Translations under genes and position numbers: made by a program
Assembly (NCBI GenBank): GCA_017511715.1
Contig: JAFWJF010000002.1
Span: forward strand, 135,781 to 199,780
Source: Alphaproteobacteria bacterium
Lineage (GTDB): Bacteria > Pseudomonadota > Alphaproteobacteria > Rs-D84
Reading direction: 5' to 3'
DNA: 64,000 bases
Shown: piece after piece, positions 19,844 to 29,963 of the stretch
How the letters are laid out: every line of letters begins with the position of its first letter
Position numbering within the stretch: the first letter of the stretch is position 1
The notes under the pieces: generated by a model
The model's input: only the letters and a program-made list of their open reading frames with translations
Databases searched by the model: none
What the model was told of the DNA's origin: nothing

Positions 19844-19947
19844 AATTCTTCCTTTTTTTATTTCCAAATACGCGTTGAATTATAACACTAAAAAAAATGT
19901 TTTCCATACCTGTTGACCAATTTTTGTAAAAATGCAAATATGGAAAT

Positions 19948-20673
19948 ATGAAAAAGATTTTTTTATTCTTTTTACTGACAGCGTGTGCCGGTCAGAACTG
20001 GAAAGCACCAGATGATTTTGCTTTTGTTCCGATAAAATCTGGTGAATATGAAATTGCCACATGGCAGAAAATAAATAACCCAGAAAATAAAAATATTCAT
20101 ATTTATATCGAAGGCGATGGGCATGCTTTTGATGCGTATGGTTTCCCAACCACAGACCCAACACCGCAAGGGACGCTTGTTCGTGATTTTGTTACGAAAG
20201 ATGGTTTCGATAATGTGGTTTATATGGCGCGACCATGCCAGTTTATAAAAACTGAGTCTTGTGCGGAATCTGATTGGACAAATGGGCGGTTTGCACAAAA
20301 AATCATAGATGCACAATGTGTGGCAATAAAACGAATCGCAAAAAACAAAAACATAACTCTGATAGGATATTCGGGTGGTGCGATGGTTTCTGGTTTGGTA
20401 ATTGAACAATGTCCTGAATTAAAAATTGAAAAATGGATAACAATTGCGGGTGTATTAGACCATAAAAAATGGACGGCGTATTTTAATGATAAAGATTTAA
20501 CCGAATCGTTGAATATAGAAAAATTGCCAGATGTAAAACAAGTGCATTTTGTTGGCGAATATGACGAAACTGTTCCGCCAGAACTGGCAAAAAAATGGAC
20601 GCGTGCATCAGATGTAAGAATTATACCAAATGCCACGCACGATGATTTTGGCAAACTGAATTTGTTCGAATAA
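19948..20673 (+). CDS. alpha/beta-hydrolase fold lipoprotein
   Basis: Lipobox LLTAC, GYSGGA (GxSxG nucleophile elbow), and a distal HDDF carrying the putative catalytic His. Confidence 0.55.
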   Translation: MKKIFLFFLLTACAGQNWKAPDDFAFVPIKSGEYEIATWQKINNPENKNIHIYIEGDGHAFDAYGFPTTDPTPQGTLVRDFVTKDGFDNVVYMARPCQFIKTESCAESDWTNGRFAQKIIDAQCVAIKRIAKNKNITLIGYSGGAMVSGLVIEQCPELKIEKWITIAGVLDHKKWTAYFNDKDLTESLNIEKLPDVKQVHFVGEYDETVPPELAKKWTRASDVRIIPNATHDDFGKLNLFE

Positions 20674-20676
20674 AAA

Positions 20677-21378
20677 TTATTTTACTATGCAATTTACAAC
20701 TGTTTTATCTTCGTTTTCGATTGTAAATCTGTTGTCGGAACAACGGTATATTTTTAATACATCGCCTTCGAATGTTTGACTGACGTATTTTATTTCAATT
20801 GCAGAAATTGGCTTTTGATGAAGCAACGCTGTGTCAAATTGATTAACAATATATCGAATATAAGAAACATTATTATTGTGATGATAAAAATCTATGTCTG
20901 TGCTGCGCACAACAACAGTATCAGATAATTCACATGCTGTGAAATCACCGTTGTCAAATTGTATATCTATTTCTGGTGTTTCAGAATGTATTGTATCATT
21001 TAGACCAACTGTGTTGCCGCGTCTGATACGACTGGTGTTGTGGTCGATTGCGCACAGTTCTGCACGGGAAGCAACTGCGATTTTCCCATGGCTTTTTATA
21101 AGAGTATCAACAATCAGTTTTACGCCACCAACATTTGATATATAACATTCAATTGTGTATTCTTCCATCCAATGTATTGGGTGGTGTATTTCAAGTCTGT
21201 TTTTTATAAAAACCCACATTGCGTCGTATTCGCGTATGCATGTTTCCCCGTCCAGTTTTAGATTGCCCATCATTTCACAAATTGCATCTTCAACAAGTTG
21301 AAAAGCGCCAACGGCCGATAAGTTCGCCGCAGTATCGCACAAACTGTAATTTAATTTATCGTGTTTAATAAATTTCAT
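20677..21378 (-). CDS. acyl-ACP thioesterase-like (double hotdog) protein
   Basis: About 233 aa. DFYHHNNNVSYIRYIV resembles the D.N.HVNN..Y signature of acyl-ACP thioesterases. Confidence 0.5.
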   Translation of the reverse strand: MKFIKHDKLNYSLCDTAANLSAVGAFQLVEDAICEMMGNLKLDGETCIREYDAMWVFIKNRLEIHHPIHWMEEYTIECYISNVGGVKLIVDTLIKSHGKIAVASRAELCAIDHNTSRIRRGNTVGLNDTIHSETPEIDIQFDNGDFTACELSDTVVVRSTDIDFYHHNNNVSYIRYIVNQFDTALLHQKPISAIEIKYVSQTFEGDVLKIYRCSDNRFTIENEDKTVVNCIVK

Positions 21379-21483
21379 CTCTATAATCCCTATTTAATTT
21401 TTTTGCCGCAACATGCTAGATTTTTTTTATAAAAATGTAAACAAGTTTTTATTAAAAAATAAAAGGAAATATTTCTTGTGTCA

Positions 21484-21549
21484 TTATACCCATGCAACAA
21501 AAATTAAAATACCCAAATGGGTGTTTGAATTTTTGGTTGGGGTACACGG
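21484..21549. repeat. 66-bp direct repeat copy A (duplicate of tRNA-Gln 3' end plus downstream terminator region)
   Basis: ttatacccaTgcaacaaaaattaaaaTacccAAaTgggtgtttgaatttttggttggggtacacgg. About 90% identical to 21715..21781. Confidence 0.8.
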
Positions 21550-21714
21550 TGCCTTGATAAACAATAAATAAAATCAAAAAAATCTTGTGAACTTTGATTT
21601 TTTAAGATTTTTTTAATTGTTTATCTGCGTACTCGCTTGCGCGGCAATCGTGACGATTTTGGTGCGTTGCACTTCCAAAATCTACTGCTTGTCGAACTTG
21701 CGGTTCTTGTCTCG

Positions 21715-21781
21715 TTATACCCAAGCAACAAAAATTAAAACACCCGCAAGGGGTGTTTGAATTTTTGGTTGGGGTACACGG
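21715..21781. repeat. 66-bp direct repeat copy B, overlapping the genuine 3' end of tRNA-Gln
   Basis: See copy A. Includes the acceptor 3' half, CCA and the tRNA terminator hairpin. Confidence 0.8.
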
Positions 21782-21839
21782 ACTCGAACCGCGATATACA
21801 GAGTCAGAGTCTGCTGTTCTACCATTAAACTATACCCCA
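21766..21839 (-). tRNA. tRNA-Gln (anticodon CUG)
   Basis: Rev-comp TGGGGTATAGTTTAATGGTAGAACAGCAGACTCTGACTCTGTATATCGCGGTTCGAGTCCGTGTACCCCAACCA. U1:A72 acceptor pair, anticodon loop CUCUGAC, T-loop GGTTCGAGTCC, encoded CCA. Confidence 0.8.
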
Positions 21840-21942
21840 ATATGCGCATGTATTATATACATTTTATTTCTTTTTTCAAATAAATAATTTCTATTAAATT
21901 TGGGAATAAAATCAGAGTGTTTTATTAAATGTGTGTTTGACA

Positions 21943-21971
21943 ATAATGTGTTTATGCTTTAACATCCTTTG
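21943..21971 (+). promoter_or_regulatory. sigma70-type promoter (TTGACA-N17-TAACAT) for the autotransporter gene
   Basis: TTGACAataatgtgtttatgcttTAACAT, with an AAAGGAGAG RBS before ATG 21997. Confidence 0.5.
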
Positions 21972-21996
21972 TGAGATAAGCAAAGGAGAGCACATC

Positions 21997-24900
21997 ATGA
22001 AATTATCACGAACTGCATTGAAAGAATTAACCGCCGCGTATCGCGCCGTTTTGCGCCATGGTATTTTGTGTAACGCGATTGCATTGGGCTTGGTCGCCGT
22101 ACCAGCAATGGCAGAGCGTCTTGCCATTGAAGGTGGAAATCCCATAACAGAAACAGATAAGGTGTATTCTAATAATTCTGGTCAAACGTTTGGTGGCGGA
22201 ATTGATAATTACGGCGGTAATGTGACCGAAATAAATGTGACAATTCAAGGTAATGCTGCGAACCGTGGTGGTGGTGTTAATAATGATGGTGTTGCAATAT
22301 TTAATGGTGGCTTGATTGGTGGCACAACAGCAGGACTTGGTAATCAAGGCAGTGGCGGTGGTGCTATAGCGAACACGGGTACATTAACAATAAATGGTAC
22401 CACGATACAAAATAATGTTGCCACAAATTATGGTGGTGGCATATATAATTCTTTGAATGCTTCTGGTACTTCGGCGGCGATGGTGTCTGTTAGCAACGCC
22501 ACGTTGAAAGGTAATTCTGCCGGTCAGTTTGGTGGGGCTATATATTCTCAGGGTACAAAAGATATTGTTACTGGGGCTTTGAATATCACAACATCGAATT
22601 TCTTTAACAATTCTGCGGCAAATACAAAAGCCGGCGGTGCGATATACTTGCTTGACAGTGGTAATGTGACAATCAAGGGGGCTAAGTTTGGTGGATATGA
22701 TGAAACAGACCCGGAAAATCCGATATCGTTGGGTAATACAGCAGGCAAGGGGGGCGCCGTTTATATCGGGGGTGTAAATGCCCCAACACATGGCGAAGCT
22801 ACGGTTACTATTACCAAAGATGAATCAAATAACAAGACAATCTTTGATCATAATGTTGCCAATGGCGCAGGTGCAGAAGGATATGGTGGGGCGCTAGTCC
22901 ATAATGGATATAAAACATTTTTAGATTTAAGCAATGCAGAATTCACAAACAATAGCGCGACAAATCAAGCTGGCGCATTGTTGATTAGTGTTACCGCGGG
23001 CACGTTGCGGGCTGATGGTTTAGCAGCAGGAATAAATAATGTTTTGTTTGCAAATAATACGTCTGCGGGTCAGGGCGGTGCCATGTGGAATGGTGCTGTG
23101 GCAATGATTACCAATACAGAATTCAACAATAATTCAACCACAGGCAATGGCGAAGGTGGTGGTGCGGTCGATTTGGGTGCAGTATCAAAAACAGCATTTG
23201 ATAATGTAACATTTACAAGTAATACAGCTGCATCATCTGGTGGTGCAATCGCAACACGCAATTTTAGTTCAGGACAAAATGCCAATGCAAAATTGGATAT
23301 TTATAGTACGACATTCAAGGGTAATTCTGCGGCAATGAACGGTGGTGCAATTTATAATAATTTCTATAACAGTATCGGACATACCGGTTCGGTTTATGTA
23401 AGCGGGGCAACATTTGGTGGTACTGGCACGGGCGAAGGCAACAGTGCTGCAAATGGTGGGGCGATTTATAACAATGCAGACGGAACGCAAACTGGTAATA
23501 TGTACATCACTAATTCGACATTTACCGGCAATTTCGCAGTGGTTCCTGATACATATACTGGTGCGACTTATAAGAAAGAAGGCGTTGGTGGTGCAATTGC
23601 TTCGTCAGGCAGTTTGACAATCAATGCTTCAACATTTACTGGTAATACAGCGCGTACAACAGGTTCTGGGTGGGGACTTGGTGGGGCGCTTTCAACCGTT
23701 ACAGTTGATGGCTTTGCCACAGACATGACCATTATTGGTTCAACGTTTACCGGTAACAGTGCAGATGTTGGTGGTGCCGTTTATGGCATGCTTAAAGCAA
23801 CAAATCAACATGGTTTAAGCACTATAACGATTTCTGGTTCTACATTTGAAGGCAACAGTGCGCAGGCTGGTTCTGCAATAGCAAACTTTGACATAATGTC
23901 AGTTTCGGATACCACATTTTCAGGTAATACAACATTTAATATCGATGATGGTGGTACGGTGTTCTTGGGGTCTGAATCTATTACATCATTTACCGGTGGC
24001 GATTTTACTGATAATGAATCAAACACTGTTGGTGGCGCAATCGCAACACGTAGCATAAATAACGATAACTCTTATGCAAAGTTAGATATTGTTGACACAA
24101 CATTCAAGGGTAATTCGGCTGGCACAAATGGTGGCGCAATTGATAACAATTTCTATGACAGTGTCGGGCATGCTGGTTCTGTTTATGTAAGCGGTGCAAC
24201 ATTTGGTGGTACTGGTACAGGCGAAGGTAACAGTGCTGCAAATGGTGGCGCGATTTACAATCATGCAAACGCGACCCGAACGGGTAGTATGTATTTAACA
24301 GGTGTCAATTTCTTTGGCAATACTGCGACAACTGCTGGTGGTGCCATATATAATGAAGGCGTTATAACTTTGGCGGCGGATAATACATTTAAGAATATTA
24401 AAGCAGGTGGTGTTGCAAACGATATTTATAATGATGGGACGTTGAATATCGCATCTGGAACGACAACGTTGGATGGCGGTGTTACTGGTAATGGAACGTT
24501 GAATATTGCCAGTGGCGCAACATTGAATATCGGAAGTGCAACTGTTTCACAGGGAACCATCAATTTGGGCGGAACTTTAATTGCTGATTTAGTGAGTGGC
24601 GCAGACCCAATCTTTACGGCAACGACATTTGAAGGGACTGGTAATTTAAGTTTGGCTATTGAAAAGGAAGGAACTTATAATTTGTTTGGTAATGCTGTGT
24701 TTGCAAATGCACAACAGCAAATAACCAGCACGTTTTATGATTTAGATTGGACAACAAATGATGGCAAAACCGTTATAGCAACCAAGAAATCTGCTGATAA
24801 AATTGCAGAAGAAACTGGTTTAACAACAGAATCTGCTGTGGCTGTTTCGCATATCGTGGATGCCGGCTCATCAGATACAGGAACAAAACAGATAAAGGAA

Positions 24901-25914
24901 TTGTCTGTGGCTGTTCAGGAAAAATTAGCGTCTGGAAATACTGCTGCGATTGAACAAGCAACCAAGGCGGTGCATCCAGAAAAAGAAGCGGTCGTACAAT
25001 CTGTTTCTGCATCTGTTCAACATGCGGTTGTTAATTTGGCGGCAAATCGTATGTCAATGCCAAGAACAAGACGTGTTATGCCAGCGCATAATTATTATGG
25101 CAACGTTTATGGGCGCAATGGCGGTGATGTGAATTTTACTTCTGGCGGTATTTGGGCGCAAGGTTTGTTTAATAAATCTAGGCAGCATGATGCATTCAAT
25201 GGTTATACGCGTGGAATCGCGTTTGGATTGGATGGGACAATCAACAGGCATTGGACAATTGGTGCGGGGTATTCGTATGCTCATTCTGATATAGATGGAA
25301 CTGCGCGTAATACTGAAATTGATTCTAATACATTGTTCTTGTACGGTCAGTATAAACCTGCACAATGGTATGTGAATGCAATCGCGAATTATACAATGTC
25401 TGATTATTCTGAAATTGGAACGATTATTGATGATAAAACGATATTTGCAGACTATAAAGTTAATTCGTTTGGTGGCGCGTTGGCAACAGGATATGATTTC
25501 AGAAATGGCATAACCCCAGAACTTGGGTTGCGCTATATACATGTCAGTGCTGATGATTACGCAAATTCGTATGGTGTAAAAACACATATGGATGATAATG
25601 ATTTCTTGACAGGGGTTATCGGCGCAAAGTACGCATTTAATGTGGATGTGTCCAGACACACAAAAATCATGCCACAACTTAATGCGGGCTTTAAGTATGA
25701 TTTGTTGTCTGATAAACAAATTGCCACAGTTGCGATGCCGGGGATAAATGCTTATACAATCGAAGGGAATCGGTTGAACCGTATCGGAGGCGAATTTGGT
25801 ATCGGGTTAGGTATGCAGTATCGTACTTTGGAAATGTCTGTTAATTATGACATCGATGTCCGTGAAGATTATACTTCCCAGACAGGTATGTTGAAATTCA
25901 GATATAATTTCTAA
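21997..25914 (+). CDS. Pmp-like autotransporter (polymorphic-membrane-protein-type passenger with GGA[IV]/FxxN repeats, C-terminal beta-barrel)
   Basis: Extended signal peptide MKLSRTALKELTAAYRAVLRHGILCNAIALGLVAVPAMA. More than 20 GGAIY/GGAIA motifs and FTGN/FKGN/FEGN/FSGN motifs. C-terminal ~280 aa has alternating hydrophobic residues and ends ...KFRYNF. Confidence 0.8.
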   Translation: MKLSRTALKELTAAYRAVLRHGILCNAIALGLVAVPAMAERLAIEGGNPITETDKVYSNNSGQTFGGGIDNYGGNVTEINVTIQGNAANRGGGVNNDGVAIFNGGLIGGTTAGLGNQGSGGGAIANTGTLTINGTTIQNNVATNYGGGIYNSLNASGTSAAMVSVSNATLKGNSAGQFGGAIYSQGTKDIVTGALNITTSNFFNNSAANTKAGGAIYLLDSGNVTIKGAKFGGYDETDPENPISLGNTAGKGGAVYIGGVNAPTHGEATVTITKDESNNKTIFDHNVANGAGAEGYGGALVHNGYKTFLDLSNAEFTNNSATNQAGALLISVTAGTLRADGLAAGINNVLFANNTSAGQGGAMWNGAVAMITNTEFNNNSTTGNGEGGGAVDLGAVSKTAFDNVTFTSNTAASSGGAIATRNFSSGQNANAKLDIYSTTFKGNSAAMNGGAIYNNFYNSIGHTGSVYVSGATFGGTGTGEGNSAANGGAIYNNADGTQTGNMYITNSTFTGNFAVVPDTYTGATYKKEGVGGAIASSGSLTINASTFTGNTARTTGSGWGLGGALSTVTVDGFATDMTIIGSTFTGNSADVGGAVYGMLKATNQHGLSTITISGSTFEGNSAQAGSAIANFDIMSVSDTTFSGNTTFNIDDGGTVFLGSESITSFTGGDFTDNESNTVGGAIATRSINNDNSYAKLDIVDTTFKGNSAGTNGGAIDNNFYDSVGHAGSVYVSGATFGGTGTGEGNSAANGGAIYNHANATRTGSMYLTGVNFFGNTATTAGGAIYNEGVITLAADNTFKNIKAGGVANDIYNDGTLNIASGTTTLDGGVTGNGTLNIASGATLNIGSATVSQGTINLGGTLIADLVSGADPIFTATTFEGTGNLSLAIEKEGTYNLFGNAVFANAQQQITSTFYDLDWTTNDGKTVIATKKSADKIAEETGLTTESAVAVSHIVDAGSSDTGTKQIKELSVAVQEKLASGNTAAIEQATKAVHPEKEAVVQSVSASVQHAVVNLAANRMSMPRTRRVMPAHNYYGNVYGRNGGDVNFTSGGIWAQGLFNKSRQHDAFNGYTRGIAFGLDGTINRHWTIGAGYSYAHSDIDGTARNTEIDSNTLFLYGQYKPAQWYVNAIANYTMSDYSEIGTIIDDKTIFADYKVNSFGGALATGYDFRNGITPELGLRYIHVSADDYANSYGVKTHMDDNDFLTGVIGAKYAFNVDVSRHTKIMPQLNAGFKYDLLSDKQIATVAMPGINAYTIEGNRLNRIGGEFGIGLGMQYRTLEMSVNYDIDVREDYTSQTGMLKFRYNF
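23241..23520 (+). repeat. internal ~280-bp direct repeat, copy 1, inside the autotransporter passenger
   Basis: Encodes ATRNFSSGQNANAKLDIYSTTFKGNSAAMNGGAIYNNFYNSIGHTGSVYVSGATFGGTGTGEGNSAANGGAIYNNADGTQTGNMYIT. Near-identical at the nucleotide level to 24034..24313. Confidence 0.75.
24034..24313 (+). repeat. internal ~280-bp direct repeat, copy 2
   Basis: Encodes ATRSINNDNSYAKLDIVDTTFKGNSAGTNGGAIDNNFYDSVGHAGSVYVSGATFGGTGTGEGNSAANGGAIYNHANATRTGSMYLT. Confidence 0.75.
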
Positions 25915-25921
25915 GATACAA

Positions 25922-25956
25922 AGAAAGGGTCAAGTGTTTTGACCCTTTTATTTTTT
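25922..25956. terminator. bidirectional rho-independent terminator
   Basis: AAAGGGTCAAgtgttTTGACCCTTT plus T-run. The convergent gene ends at 25948. Confidence 0.65.
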
Positions 25957-26736
25957 GTGTGTGTGTTTCCTGTAATCAGTAGAATTAAGACCGCTTTGTA
26001 TTTTCGGTAAATTAAATTCTGCGTCCATTTCACGTAATTGTTTTACCATAATTTTTTCAATTTCTGCACGTTTTTTCTCAAAATCTTCGCCACGCAATTT
26101 AGAATCAATATATATTGGTTCGCCAATACGACAAGATATTGTACCAAATAATTTTGGGACCATAAATTTATCCCATCTGTCCATGTACATTGGTCGTGAA
26201 CATGAAAAGCATACCGGAACAATAGGCGCGCCCGTCATGCGTGCAAAATATAATGCGCCGTCTTGTAAGTGCAGAGATGGTCCGGACGGTCCATCAACCG
26301 GAACACACATAGAAACATTTTCTTGCTTCATCACACGAACGCCTTCACGTAAAACCGCTACCGCGCCATCTGATGTAGAACCATAGATTGCACGCAAACC
26401 AAAAAGCCGTTGCATGCGTGCCATCATACGTCCGTCTTTGTGTCGCGATGCAACACAGTAAGATTTTATTCGTGCAGACCGTATCACAGGCGACAACATG
26501 GCGCATCTGCCATGGAAAAAGACAAAAACCACGGGGCTTTTGCGATAGTTTTTTAATGATTCTGTATTTGTGAATTTGTGTCGCGATGTCAGAAATATGA
26601 ACCATGTCACACCCGCAAACAAGGCAACAACGACCCATTGTATCGCAGAATTATGCAAAATGGGCTCCCAAAAACTTTTCCAAATTTTTCGTAAAAACTT
26701 GTACATAATGCTTGATTTTATCAGGAAAAAAGCCAT
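25948..26736 (-). CDS. lysophospholipid acyltransferase family protein (DUF374-like)
   Basis: N-terminal TM segment, then FFHGRCAMLSP...ASRHKDG...VPVDGPSGP, resembling DUF374/LPLAT conserved blocks. Confidence 0.5.
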   Translation of the reverse strand: MAFFLIKSSIMYKFLRKIWKSFWEPILHNSAIQWVVVALFAGVTWFIFLTSRHKFTNTESLKNYRKSPVVFVFFHGRCAMLSPVIRSARIKSYCVASRHKDGRMMARMQRLFGLRAIYGSTSDGAVAVLREGVRVMKQENVSMCVPVDGPSGPSLHLQDGALYFARMTGAPIVPVCFSCSRPMYMDRWDKFMVPKLFGTISCRIGEPIYIDSKLRGEDFEKKRAEIEKIMVKQLREMDAEFNLPKIQSGLNSTDYRKHTHKK

Positions 26737-26761
26737 TTTGCAAATTTTAAGACTGTGACCA

Positions 26762-26795
26762 AAAAATAACCGCCCAAATGGGCGGAGTTTTTTTA
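26762..26795. terminator. rho-independent terminator downstream of groEL
   Basis: ACCGCCCaaatGGGCGGag plus T7. Confidence 0.65.
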
Positions 26796-28409
26796 CATCA
26801 TTCCTGGCATACCAGGTGCCGATGGGGTTGTTGATTTTTCTTCTGGGATTTCAGACATTACCGCGCCAGTTGTTAATAACACTCCTGCGGTTGATGCTGC
26901 CGCTTGGATGGCTGTTTTTACAACTTTTGCTGGGTCGATAATTCCAGATTTCATCATGTCAACATATTCGCCAGTTTGGGCATTGTATCCAAAGTTATAA
27001 TCTTTGTTTTCCATGATTTTGCCAACAACGATTTCACCCGATACACCGGCGTTTTCGGCAATTTGCATGCAAGGTGCGACAATTGCGCGACGGACAATGT
27101 CGATACCAACGGTTTGGTCTGCGTTTGCCCCTGTCAAATTTTTCAGTGATTCAACCGCGCGAACCAGTGCAACACCACCACCGGCAACAATGCCTTCGGC
27201 AACTGCAGCACGTGTCGCAGCCAATGCATCATCAACACGGTCTTTCTTTTCTTTGACTTCGACTTCGGTCATACCACCAACGTGGATAACCGCGACACCA
27301 CCAACCAATTTAGCCAAGCGTTCTGCCAATTTTTCGCGGTCATAATCGCTGGTTGAATCTTTCAGGTTTTTACGAATTTCGTCAGCGCGCGCTTTGATTG
27401 CGTCTGTGTCGCCACCGCCGTTTACCAACAATGTTTTATCTTTGGAAACGACAACGCGTTTCGCGGAACCTAATACAGATTGGTTAATGTTTTCAAATGT
27501 CATACCCATATCGTCAGAAATAACTGTTGCACCGGTGACAATGGCTATATCTTTCAACATTTCTTTGCGGCGGTCACCAAAGCCTGGGGCTTTGACAGCA
27601 CAAACTTTCAATCCGCCACGCAGACGGTTTAACACTAATGTTGCCAGGGCTTCAGATTCCACATCTTCGGCAATAATCAACAGTGGACGGCCAGATTGTG
27701 CAATTGGTTCCAGAATAGGAAGCAATGCTTGCAAACCTGTGATTTTCTTTTCAGAAACCAAAATTGCGGCATTTTCCAGTTCCGCCAACATTTTTTCGCT
27801 GTTTGTTACGAAATAGGGTGACATAAAGCCTTGGTCAAATTGCATACCTTCAACAACATCAATTTCTGTATTCAGTCCTTTGGCTTCTTGGACAGTAATA
27901 ACGCCTTCTTTGCCAACTTTTTCCATTGCGTCTGCAATTTTTTGCCCGATATCAGAATCGCTGTTTGCCGAAATTGTTGCAACCTGGGCGATTTCAGAAG
28001 AGTCTTTAACCGGGCGTGCATGTTTTTCAATGTCTTTGACAACGGCATCAACGGCTATATCAATACCGCGTTTAACATCCATTGGGTTCATGCCTGCCGC
28101 AATAACGCGACGACCTTCGCGGAAAAGGTTTTGTGCCAAAACAGTTGCAGTTGTTGTTCCGTCCCCAGCACTGTCGCCGGCACGTTTCGCAACTTCTTGA
28201 ATCATTTTCGCGCCGATGTTTTCGGCATTATCTTTCAACGAAACTTCTTTTGCAACGGTCACGCCGTCTTTGGTTGCAACAGGTGCACCGTATGCGCGTT
28301 CAATCACAACTGTGCGCCCCTTTGGACCCATAGTGATTTTTACAGCGTTTGCTAATTTATCAACGCCTGATGCCAATTTGTCAGTATTAAAAATAATATC
28401 TTTTGCCAT
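26793..28409 (-). CDS. groEL: chaperonin GroEL (Cpn60)
   Basis: [56 protein letters not shown]...[12 protein letters not shown]... ends with the PGMPGMM repeat. The ORF-track start 28436 is 9 codons upstream of the conserved MAKD. Confidence 0.95.
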   Translation of the reverse strand: MAKDIIFNTDKLASGVDKLANAVKITMGPKGRTVVIERAYGAPVATKDGVTVAKEVSLKDNAENIGAKMIQEVAKRAGDSAGDGTTTATVLAQNLFREGRRVIAAGMNPMDVKRGIDIAVDAVVKDIEKHARPVKDSSEIAQVATISANSDSDIGQKIADAMEKVGKEGVITVQEAKGLNTEIDVVEGMQFDQGFMSPYFVTNSEKMLAELENAAILVSEKKITGLQALLPILEPIAQSGRPLLIIAEDVESEALATLVLNRLRGGLKVCAVKAPGFGDRRKEMLKDIAIVTGATVISDDMGMTFENINQSVLGSAKRVVVSKDKTLLVNGGGDTDAIKARADEIRKNLKDSTSDYDREKLAERLAKLVGGVAVIHVGGMTEVEVKEKKDRVDDALAATRAAVAEGIVAGGGVALVRAVESLKNLTGANADQTVGIDIVRRAIVAPCMQIAENAGVSGEIVVGKIMENKDYNFGYNAQTGEYVDMMKSGIIDPAKVVKTAIQAAASTAGVLLTTGAVMSEIPEEKSTTPSAPGMPGMM

Positions 28410-28422
28410 CGTTTGTTCCTTT

Positions 28423-28707
28423 TTATAAAATTCCAAGTATGTCAGATTCTTTGATTAACACATAGTCGGTTCCGTCAATTTTGACTTCGTTTGCAGATGA
28501 TGCCCATTTTGCAAATAATACGACATCATCCTTTTTGACGGATACAGGAATCTTTTGTCCGTTTTCATATATTCCATCGCCAGTCGCAATAACGCGACCC
28601 CGGGAAGGTTTTTCTTTTGCGTTGTCAGGGATAATAATTCCACCGGCTGTTTTATTTTCTTCTTCTATTCTTTTCAATAAAATATAGTTATGCAATGGTT
28701 TGAACAT
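28423..28707 (-). CDS. groES: co-chaperonin GroES (Cpn10)
   Basis: [45 protein letters not shown]... Confidence 0.95.
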   Translation of the reverse strand: MFKPLHNYILLKRIEEENKTAGGIIIPDNAKEKPSRGRVIATGDGIYENGQKIPVSVKKDDVVLFAKWASSANEVKIDGTDYVLIKESDILGIL

Positions 28708-28824
28708 AATTAAGCACTCCTTTGCTATGCGTCAAATATAGTGCAAAAATTTGGCTTTTCAAGGGGCTTGATTTTTTGCGCCCATGCAGTGTATATTTAT
28801 ATGTATGGAATAAAGGGGTATAAT

Positions 28825-29172
28825 ATGTACGACAAAAATAATGTTTTTGCAAAGATTTTGCGTGGTGAAATTCCTAATAAAACGGTTTATAGTGATGATA
28901 ATGTGCTGGCTTTTTATGATGTCGCGCCCCGTGCAAGGGTGCATGTGTTGGTAATTCCGCGTGGTGAATATACAGATATTTTCGATTTTACACAAAACGC
29001 ACCGGCGGATGTTCAGGTTGCTTTTTGGAACGGCTTTCGCAATACGGTTGAAAAGTTAGGCTTGCGCGATAATTTTAGAACTGTTGCTAATACTGGTCGT
29101 GGTGCGGGGCAATCTGTGATGCATTTTCATATTCATATCATGAGCGATGAAAGATTTGTCGAAGATTTTTAA
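28825..29172 (+). CDS. HIT-family (histidine triad) nucleotide hydrolase
   Basis: MYDKNNVFAKILRGEIPNKTVYSDDNVLAFYDVAPRARVHVLVIPRGEY... plus the histidine triad HFHIHIM. Confidence 0.8.
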   Translation: MYDKNNVFAKILRGEIPNKTVYSDDNVLAFYDVAPRARVHVLVIPRGEYTDIFDFTQNAPADVQVAFWNGFRNTVEKLGLRDNFRTVANTGRGAGQSVMHFHIHIMSDERFVEDF

Positions 29173-29377
29173 TGTTCGTGTCACACCACACGCAAAACAA
29201 AATAAAATTGTCGAAACCGACGGTGTTTTGCGTGTTTATACAACTGTCGCACCAGAAAATGGGCGCGCAAACAGTGCTGTTGTCGAACTTTTGTCAGAAT
29301 ATTTTAATGTCCCAAAATCAAGAATTAAAATATTAAAAGGCCTAACAGGTCGTGACAAGGTCGTTGCCATCGAGTAG
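29147..29377 (+). CDS. DUF167/YggU family protein
   Basis: 76 aa: ...FNVRVTPHAKQNKIVETDGVLRVYTTVAPENGRANSAVVELLSEYFNVPKSRIKILKGLTGRDKVV matches YggU. Overlaps the HIT gene end by 26 nt in another frame. Confidence 0.6.
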   Translation: MKDLSKIFNVRVTPHAKQNKIVETDGVLRVYTTVAPENGRANSAVVELLSEYFNVPKSRIKILKGLTGRDKVVAIE

Positions 29378-29914
29378 CCTTTTGATAAGGTCTTCTGGCG
29401 AATTCACAACGTGCAAATTATATTCGTCCGTATTTGGCATAAAGCCTTCTGCTTGCATGTGGGTCATGACTTGACCGAAAATTTCCCAATATTTAGCAGT
29501 GTTCATCATGTAAATCGGTTTGCAAGATTCGCCAACTTGTTGTTTCGTCATGATGTCTGTCATTTCATCCAAAGTCCCGATTCCACCGGGTAAAATTACG
29601 AAAGCATCTGATAATTCGAACATTTCTTCTTTGCGGGTTGATAAACCGTCAACAATTTTTACTTCTATTTCTTTGTGTGCCGGTTCTTGAAGAGATACCA
29701 CATGTGTCGTAGATATTCCAATTACGTTGCCTCCGTTTTCAATGGCAGCACTGGATACGGCACCCATTAAACCGACGTTTCCGCCCCCAAAAACAAGAGT
29801 CATTTTATTTTTTGCCAATAATTCGCCGATTTTACGCGCGTCGCGTGCATATTCTGGGTTGTTTCCAAATTGGTGGCCGCAATAAACAGCCACAGATTTT
29901 ATTTTCTGATTCAT
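29342..29914 (-). CDS. LOG-family cytokinin riboside 5'-monophosphate phosphoribohydrolase-like protein
   Basis: VAVYCGHQFG...LVFGGGNVGLMGAV...ILPGGIGTLDEM (GGGxGxMG and PGGxGTxxE motifs). Confidence 0.8.
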   Translation of the reverse strand: MNQKIKSVAVYCGHQFGNNPEYARDARKIGELLAKNKMTLVFGGGNVGLMGAVSSAAIENGGNVIGISTTHVVSLQEPAHKEIEVKIVDGLSTRKEEMFELSDAFVILPGGIGTLDEMTDIMTKQQVGESCKPIYMMNTAKYWEIFGQVMTHMQAEGFMPNTDEYNLHVVNSPEDLIKRLLDGNDLVTTC

Positions 29915-29963
29915 GCTTATTTTTCCTTTATTTTTGGAAATTATACCATAAAATAAATTCGTT

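Noticed and set aside
26904-28428. Multiple 60-174-aa ORFs on the plus strand (26904..27149, 27004..27345, 27394..27816, 27831..28355 and others)
   Set aside because: All lie antisense within the groEL gene. They are long open frames produced by GroEL's Ala/Gly/Val-rich coding composition, not genes.
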